From the IMG/VR virus record IMGVR_UViG_3300023283_000076, positions 206,654-270,653 of that record: a stretch of 64,000 nucleotides of DNA; one strand, written 5' to 3'. The notes below the pieces were generated by a model. It had not been told where the DNA came from. It was given only the letters and a program-made list of their open reading frames with translations, and made no database searches. The position numbers and the translations under genes were made by a program. Below are positions 58,497-64,000 of this stretch, piece after piece. Positions within the stretch are counted from its first letter, which is position 1; each line of letters starts with the position of its first letter. Source of the DNA: a virus. Its lineage: Duplodnaviria; Caudoviricetes.

Positions 58497-58799
58497 ATGA
58501 GATTGTCAGAAGATCAAGTCAAAAAAGAAATAGATGAGGTAACCAAATTTGCAGATAATGCTGAAAAATTGTCATGGAGAAGAAAATTAAAAAAATTGGA
58601 GGGACTGGTTGATGAACTCCGTCCATATGAGGAAAAAATACTTAAGTTATATGAAGATAAGTTGCCAATAATGGATAAATTAGAAAAATTACGACAAGTA
58701 ATGGTTGAAGAATGTATTCACCCTAAAGATCAATTGGTACATAAAGGGACGCACCTAGAATGCAAATTCTGTGACAAGATTATTAAGCCTAGACGATAA
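58497..58799 (+). CDS. Hypothetical coiled-coil / Zn-ribbon protein
   Basis: ATG at 58497 with GGAG SD; ECIHP...ECKFC. Confidence 0.65.
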   Translation: MRLSEDQVKKEIDEVTKFADNAEKLSWRRKLKKLEGLVDELRPYEEKILKLYEDKLPIMDKLEKLRQVMVEECIHPKDQLVHKGTHLECKFCDKIIKPRR

Positions 58800-59228
58800 A
58801 TGGATATATTTGAACAACTATCAAAACTAGACTCACAAAATTTAGAAGCCATAGAAGATGAGAAGTTTTCAAAAGAATTTTCTCCAATATTGGTGTTAAG
58901 ATGGTATTCTGGAACCAAGGACCCTGTTCAGATCCAATTATTAAATGAATTGGTAAATCCTATGATTTTTTCATTACATCGGGAAAAAAAATTACTTTAT
59001 TATTTGTTTTGTTGTAGCTCGTCAGGACGAAAAAAGCGATATTCATGGATAAAGCGACCCAAGAAAAAAAACATTGATGTTCTAAGAATGATTTCTTCAT
59101 ATTATGGTATTAGTGCAAATGAGGCTAAGCACGCAATTAAAAATTTAGATAAAGAAGATTTACTTGAAATATTAAACCTTATGGGATATGATAATAAACT
59201 GTTTAACAAAATTAAGAAAAATCTATGA
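58800..59228 (+). CDS. gp62: Clamp loader small subunit gp62-like
   Basis: KEFSPILVLRW..., YSWIKRPK, ISSYYGISANEA. Confidence 0.7.
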   Translation: MDIFEQLSKLDSQNLEAIEDEKFSKEFSPILVLRWYSGTKDPVQIQLLNELVNPMIFSLHREKKLLYYLFCCSSSGRKKRYSWIKRPKKKNIDVLRMISSYYGISANEAKHAIKNLDKEDLLEILNLMGYDNKLFNKIKKNL

Positions 59229-59914
59229 TACCTTTATACCATCAATGCGATTTTTGCAATAAAACGTTTGTTAATGAAAATAATTTGAAAAAACATAATT
59301 GCGATTTTAAAGAACGGTATGAATTCATTACAAATACGGCAAGCGGACAATCTATGTACGAGTTATATCTATATTGGTTGCGCTCTAATGGTAAAAGTGT
59401 TAAGTACGTTGACGAACATACTTTTATACATTCGATTCATTTTAAACCGTTTAAAAGATTCATTAATTTTTGTAAAAAAAAATCAATACCAGACAAAAAA
59501 ATTTACATAAAAGTTTGTAACGGTTATAATCTTTCCCCTAAAGATTGGTCAACTGAAAAAATGTATGAAACGTTTTTAGATATATATGATGAGTTGATTC
59601 CTATACATCAACAGGTGGATACATCTTTGGCGACATTATATCAATTATCTGAGGGATTAGAGGTTAAAATTAGTCAAATATTCCAAGAATTAGATCCTAT
59701 GGATGTGGCAAAACTCATTAAACGTAGAAAAATATCACCGTGGTTATTTTTGAATAGTGGCAAGTTCAAAGAATTTCTTATAGACCACGCAAATTCAGAA
59801 ACAAGAAATCATATACAAAAAACAACCAATCCAGCAAAATGGAAAGAAATATTCAATAAAAATCCCTCAAAACGAAAAGAAATACATAATATAATAAAAG
59901 AGATAGGTTTATAA
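59225..59914 (+). CDS. C2H2-type zinc-finger protein
   Basis: CDFCNKTFVNENNLKKHNC. Confidence 0.7.
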   Translation: MIPLYHQCDFCNKTFVNENNLKKHNCDFKERYEFITNTASGQSMYELYLYWLRSNGKSVKYVDEHTFIHSIHFKPFKRFINFCKKKSIPDKKIYIKVCNGYNLSPKDWSTEKMYETFLDIYDELIPIHQQVDTSLATLYQLSEGLEVKISQIFQELDPMDVAKLIKRRKISPWLFLNSGKFKEFLIDHANSETRNHIQKTTNPAKWKEIFNKNPSKRKEIHNIIKEIGL

Positions 59915-59917
59915 ATA
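59910..59917 (+). promoter_or_regulatory. Late promoter TATAAATA
   Basis: 42 nt upstream of ATG at 59960. Confidence 0.6.
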
Positions 59918-59959
59918 AATATATAACATAATGAATGCTTTTTAAAGTATATTTAACAT

Positions 59960-60601
59960 ATGGTTGATTGTCAATCCTCTTCGTATCAAATAGATAAAAC
60001 TGATTCTAATACAGATTCAATTTTATTATTAAAAGGACAAATAGATCAAGATAGTCTTGATATTACTCTTCTTGGCAAACGCCGAAGAGAATATGGAGAA
60101 GTTTTTAACGAAAATTTGTTACACTTATTAGAAAATTTCGCAGCCCCGCAAGATTTGAGTACGTCTAATATAACACCTGATTTTTCTGCAACAGTAAACA
60201 ATTTATTAGAAAATCCCACAACTGGACAGCTATGGTTTAATACTACCGATGAACGGATTTACCATTATACAGGGTCAGAGTGGAGACAGTTATCACAAGT
60301 AGGTGATGTTGCGGGAAACTATGGGACAATAGTAACTGGAGAACAATTACCCAGACCAGTAAGTCCGGTAACTGGATATGTATTTCCATATTCTGAGTGT
60401 AGTTGGGTCGTTTCACCATCAGGATACAACTCCAACATAGATTGGATGCAATGCTTAACGGATGATAACGCCAATGTAACATTTGAATTTAGAAAAATAG
60501 GTTCATCTAATCTAACTGCAGGCGTGGCTAACTATCAAATAATTGGAATTAAAACTAACAGTAGTATAGGACAACAAACTCCACCAACTCTACCAACTTG
60601 A
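59960..60601 (+). CDS. Virion structural/fibre-family protein, paralogue 1 (anchor domain only)
   Basis: [23 protein letters not shown]...GQLWFN...GEQLPRP...ECSWVVSP...ANYQIIGI shared with the two downstream paralogues. Confidence 0.7.
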   Translation: MVDCQSSSYQIDKTDSNTDSILLLKGQIDQDSLDITLLGKRRREYGEVFNENLLHLLENFAAPQDLSTSNITPDFSATVNNLLENPTTGQLWFNTTDERIYHYTGSEWRQLSQVGDVAGNYGTIVTGEQLPRPVSPVTGYVFPYSECSWVVSPSGYNSNIDWMQCLTDDNANVTFEFRKIGSSNLTAGVANYQIIGIKTNSSIGQQTPPTLPT

Positions 60602-60628
60602 TTTAGATATATTGTAACGGTTATATGT

Positions 60629-60636
60629 TATAAATA
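60629..60636 (+). promoter_or_regulatory. Late promoter TATAAATA
   Basis: 22 nt upstream of ATG at 60659. Confidence 0.6.
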
Positions 60637-60658
60637 AATTAAAATCAGGAGATAAAAA

Positions 60659-61180
60659 ATGGGAACACTTATAGCAATAGCAATTGTAATAATAGCAGTA
60701 GGGATATTTTTGGTTGTAAGAGGTAACCGTGATAATAATATAGAGCCCACACCTACACCCACAGCTACCCCTGCACCTACTGATCCGCTCGTAGTGGATG
60801 GATCATTTTCAGTATTCTCATCTACAACAAGCACCACACAAAAGGATAACGTGCTAGCTAGTATTCAATTTTTATCAGATGGTTCAGTTTTAAGTGAAGC
60901 AGAACTACAAGGAAACATAGAAAAATCCGAGATTGGGAATATTACTATTAATGATTTCACCTCTGATCCGTTATTTCAAGTAGTAGGCCCATCAGGTGGC
61001 TCACTTCAACTTAATGGACCTACATCAGGAAAACTGAACGATTCCCCAAAGTGGAGTGCCGAAATTACACCTCAAGCTGGCACACGCTCCGTAGTTTTTT
61101 TTGTGAAAGTATTTGACGAGTTAGTTGAAAAAGTTTTTCGTGTTTCATTAATAATAGATGTTGCGGATTTAACAGTATAA
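60659..61180 (+). CDS. Membrane-anchored protein with Pro/Thr linker and beta-rich domain
   Basis: LIAIAIVIIAVGIFLVV TM; EPTPTPTATPAPT linker; AGGAG SD. Confidence 0.75.
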   Translation: MGTLIAIAIVIIAVGIFLVVRGNRDNNIEPTPTPTATPAPTDPLVVDGSFSVFSSTTSTTQKDNVLASIQFLSDGSVLSEAELQGNIEKSEIGNITINDFTSDPLFQVVGPSGGSLQLNGPTSGKLNDSPKWSAEITPQAGTRSVVFFVKVFDELVEKVFRVSLIIDVADLTV

Positions 61181-61203
61181 AAGCTATAATAAAAAGGTAA
61201 CGA

Positions 61204-62526
61204 GTGATAACATATAATATAAACTTTACCGATTCTTCTAAGTCTACGATTCAAGTAGAAGAAAAGGGACTAAATGAGGATTTTAGTGTTAACTTTCCCG
61301 GAAGGATTAAGTTAGAGTGGGGGGAGGATGTAAATGAGAATCTATTACATTTATTAGAGCATTTTGCAGTAGAAGCAGAGAATTTAAACATAAATATTCC
61401 AGATGCTGCTTCTTCTGGAAATAAGCTAATAAACCCGGTAGAAGGGCAACTTTGGTTTAACAAATCCAATAATAGATTATATGTCTATGTTGGCGAAGAA
61501 TGGATACCGCACGCAGAGTGCGGGCAACAATATGGGGCCAACTGGGGCCAAATAAACCATGGTGAACAATTGCCTCTTCCAATATCCCCCAAGGGATATA
61601 ATTTTAGTTATGATGAATGCATATGGTCTGTGTCACCCTTTACATATTTTGAAGGATTTGAGTATGTACAGTGTTTTTCAGATATAATAGATTCTACAGT
61701 AACAATGTTGTATCAAAATTCACTCGGAACGGTAGTAGAAGGTGTAGCAAATTATTTAATAATAGGAATACGAGGAAACGGGAATTTAGGTTCATTCACA
61801 CCTCCACTGACACCTCCATCTCCAACACCGTCTAATACACCTGATCCAACACCGTCTAATACACCGTCTAATACACCTGATCCAACACCGTCTAATACAC
61901 CTGATCCAACACCCACACCAACACCGTCGCAAAGTATGGGAAGTACACCACCACCGTCACCACCACCGCCACCGTCACCAACACCGTCGCAAAGTATGGG
62001 AAGTACACCACCACCGTCACCACCACCGTCACCGTCACCAACACCGTCACAAAGTGTGGGAAGTACACCCCAACCAACACCATCTAATACACCTGATCCA
62101 ACACCGTCTAATACACCTGATCCAACACCGTCTAATACACCTGATCCAACACCTGACCCAACGCCATCGAATAGCGCACTAGAGCCATTGACGGCGTCTA
62201 ATGACAGTGATTTTGGCTTCTCTATTTGCCCAAATGATGCCCCTGCAGCGTCTGGATCTATTACAGTATCGGGTGGTTCAGGGGACTTTACTATAACGGC
62301 AGGATCATGCGTCCCGGACTCATCTAATTTGGGAAGCTCTCCGTGCAGTGCAGTTTCGGTATCGGCAAGCACCGGCTCAGCATCATTGCCATCAGTTTCA
62401 AGCTCCCTGTGCCCGGATACCGCCGCTCGAAGCCTGACCCAAAACTTCACAGTTACAGACAATGTTACTGGTGAAACCGCAAGCGCATCAGTTTTTCTAA
62501 CTCAAGAAGTGAGTGCCAGCAGTTAA
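61204..62526 (+). CDS. Virion structural/fibre-family protein, paralogue 2, with mucin-like PTS repeats and C-terminal beta domain
   Basis: [18 protein letters not shown]...GQLWFN...ECIWSVSP...ANYLIIGI; about 125 aa Pro/Thr/Ser tract. Confidence 0.75.
   Translation: MITYNINFTDSSKSTIQVEEKGLNEDFSVNFPGRIKLEWGEDVNENLLHLLEHFAVEAENLNINIPDAASSGNKLINPVEGQLWFNKSNNRLYVYVGEEWIPHAECGQQYGANWGQINHGEQLPLPISPKGYNFSYDECIWSVSPFTYFEGFEYVQCFSDIIDSTVTMLYQNSLGTVVEGVANYLIIGIRGNGNLGSFTPPLTPPSPTPSNTPDPTPSNTPSNTPDPTPSNTPDPTPTPTPSQSMGSTPPPSPPPPPSPTPSQSMGSTPPPSPPPSPSPTPSQSVGSTPQPTPSNTPDPTPSNTPDPTPSNTPDPTPDPTPSNSALEPLTASNDSDFGFSICPNDAPAASGSITVSGGSGDFTITAGSCVPDSSNLGSSPCSAVSVSASTGSASLPSVSSSLCPDTAARSLTQNFTVTDNVTGETASASVFLTQEVSASS
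61801..62172 (+). repeat. Composite tandem repeats: 24-nt PTPSNTPD units and 60-nt [17 protein letters not shown] units
   Basis: CCAACACCGTCTAATACACCTGAT repeated; 60-nt units starting near 61918, 61978 and 62038. Confidence 0.9.
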
Positions 62527-62561
62527 TGAAAAAATACCCAACCTCAAAAATCATTAAATCT

Positions 62562-62569
62562 TATAAATA
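62562..62569 (+). promoter_or_regulatory. Late promoter TATAAATA
   Basis: 22 nt upstream of ATG at 62592. Confidence 0.6.
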
Positions 62570-62591
62570 GAAATAAATAGTATTTAATAAA

Positions 62592-62765
62592 ATGTATATA
62601 TTAGTGAACCAACAAAATATTATAATAGGTAGCGCACATAACAAACCAGATGAAAGTATATCCTCAGCTAATGGGCACCGGATTTATGAAATTGAAAACA
62701 CTGAATTTAGTCCAAATATGATTGGAGAAGTTTTAGAAGATTTCGATATTGTTGAGAGGGTTTAG
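62592..62765 (+). CDS. Small hypothetical protein (57 aa, absent from ORF track)
   Basis: MYILVNQQNIIIGSAHNKPD...DFDIVERV*. Confidence 0.6.
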   Translation: MYILVNQQNIIIGSAHNKPDESISSANGHRIYEIENTEFSPNMIGEVLEDFDIVERV

Positions 62766-62771
62766 CCTGCC

Positions 62772-64000
62772 ATGTCTGAGTATAAATTAGATTTTACTGA
62801 TATCAGTTTATCTCCCATAGTAGTAGATGAAAAAGATATAGATTCGAATAGTGTTGATATAACATTATTTGGATTCAAAAAATTAAACTATGGTGAAGAA
62901 TTAAACGAGAATTTTGTTCATTTGTTAGAAAATTTTGCAGTTGCTGAAGATCCGGAAAATCAAGAAAATCCGGATATATCACAAACTAATTATATTACAC
63001 CCGATAACAATAGTAAATTATTAGAAGAAGGAAAACAAGTAACGGGGCAGCTTTGGTATAATAAAACAAAATTAACTCCATACGTTTTTTATAATAATAA
63101 ATGGAATAAACTAGAAACCCAAGGAGAAGAAATTGCTGCTAATTGGGGACAGATATTAAACGGAGAACAAATACCTCAACCTATTTCTAATAGTGGGGAT
63201 GTATTTCCGTATTCAGAATGTAGCTGGATTGTAGCTCCTTTTAATCAATTAGAGGAGCTACAACAAATGGTTTGTAGAACAGATGAAACCGCCAATGTAA
63301 CGATGGAGTATATATTTTCAGGGGAAACTACAGAAACTGCGGCAATCGCAAATTATTTGATAGTTGGAATACGTGGCAACAATAATTTGGGTTCACTCCA
63401 AGACCCGTCGCCTCCACCGACGCCAACCCCGTCGCAGAGTATGGGGGCCTCGCCCACGACTACGCCAACACCAACACCAAGCGAAGGGGTTACACCGACG
63501 CCTACACCATCACCATCATCGGAAGGACTTTCGATAACAATGAACGATCCATTTACTGAAACATGCCTCGCCCTATCTAATAGCCAATGTACTGCATCTA
63601 AACAAATAATTATTGGGACAGATTATAGCATAACTGGTGGTAGTGGTAATTTTCAATTTAATTGGTCGTACTCTAGTCAAGACGTGTTTGGTATATTTTC
63701 GCCTACTTCTTCAAATCCAGTACTCACTAGAAGATTATCTGGCGGATTGTCAGGTTCCGGAATTGGAACACTTCAGGTAACAGATGAAGATACTGGAGAA
63801 ACTGCATTTGAGCAATTTACATTTAACACCATCCACGAAGATTCGGGGATTATCTCCCCTCCACCGGATCCTACTCCGACACCGTCTAGTACATCCGAGC
63901 CAGATCCGACACCATCTAATACATCTGATCCAGATCCGACACCATCTAATACATCTGATCCAGATCTGACACCTTCTAATACACCTGACCCATCATCAAC
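62772..64000 (+). CDS. Virion structural/fibre-family protein, paralogue 3 (partial; absent from ORF track)
   Basis: Hand translation MSEYKLDFTD...LNYGEELNENFVHLLENFA...GQLWYN...ECSWIVAP...ANYLIVGI, then PTS linker, beta domain, second PTS linker; open to window end. Confidence 0.8.
   Translation, partial: MSEYKLDFTDISLSPIVVDEKDIDSNSVDITLFGFKKLNYGEELNENFVHLLENFAVAEDPENQENPDISQTNYITPDNNSKLLEEGKQVTGQLWYNKTKLTPYVFYNNKWNKLETQGEEIAANWGQILNGEQIPQPISNSGDVFPYSECSWIVAPFNQLEELQQMVCRTDETANVTMEYIFSGETTETAAIANYLIVGIRGNNNLGSLQDPSPPPTPTPSQSMGASPTTTPTPTPSEGVTPTPTPSPSSEGLSITMNDPFTETCLALSNSQCTASKQIIIGTDYSITGGSGNFQFNWSYSSQDVFGIFSPTSSNPVLTRRLSGGLSGSGIGTLQVTDEDTGETAFEQFTFNTIHEDSGIISPPPDPTPTPSSTSEPDPTPSNTSDPDPTPSNTSDPDLTPSNTPDPSS
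63900..63989 (+). repeat. 30-nt tandem repeat x3 ([10 protein letters not shown])
   Basis: CCAGATCCGACACCATCTAATACATCTGAT x2 plus one variant copy. Confidence 0.9.

Noticed and set aside
61752-62462. 236-aa minus-strand ORF with collagen-like GVGSGVLD repeats
   Set aside because: Reverse complement of the PTS repeat; lack of stops is explained by the C/A-rich repeat; no promoter or SD.
173-63969. Numerous other short opposite-strand or alternate-frame ORFs in the track (e.g. 3206-3751, 21647-22201, 24198-24740, 63784-63969)
   Set aside because: They overlap well-supported genes and show typical shadow-ORF composition (Ser/Leu/Phe-rich).
54980-63989. Tandem repeats as possible CRISPR arrays
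   Set aside because: The units are contiguous, lack unique spacers and lie in frame within CDSs; no cas genes are present.
1-64000. Stop-codon reassignment, as in some large phages
   Set aside because: Conserved genes (portal, MCP, TerL, gp46) are full length under code 11, and TAA, TAG and TGA all occur at expected gene ends.

Overview
This 64 kb window comes from an AT-rich, T4-superfamily myophage genome and looks like a jumbo phage. It encodes T4-like morphogenesis genes (baseplate gp6/25/5/53/26/51, tape measure, portal gp20, protease gp21, scaffold gp22, capsid gp23, neck gp13/14, terminase gp16/17), the late sigma gp55, and replication/recombination genes (gp46/47, gp41, gp32, UvsX/Y/W, gp44/62, RuvC-like, DinG-like, GroES). 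It also carries a stand-alone fragment of a bacterial Pol III alpha (DnaE), a combination I associate with large phages such as RaK2/GAP32/XacN1/SCTP-2; that placement is inference, not a database result. The standard genetic code fits, and I found no tRNA, rRNA or CRISPR array. Two promoter classes are readable: sigma70-type promoters before replication genes and nATAAATA late promoters before virion genes. Most notable: (1) two nuclease + Mom-like GNAT fusion genes flanking the scaffold/capsid cassette, one with an apparent nuclease swap; (2) a promoter-driven, hairpin-rich ~600 nt non-coding region containing a primosome-assembly-site-like loop; (3) a degenerate, nuclease-less paralogue of the terminase ATPase directly upstream of intact TerL; (4) a late-expressed kinase-fold protein with a head-protease-type propeptide; (5) a structured SSB leader; (6) very large decorated neck proteins and a family of fibre-like proteins with mucin-like Pro/Thr/Ser repeats. 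All protein calls are motif recognition by eye and need HMM or structure confirmation.
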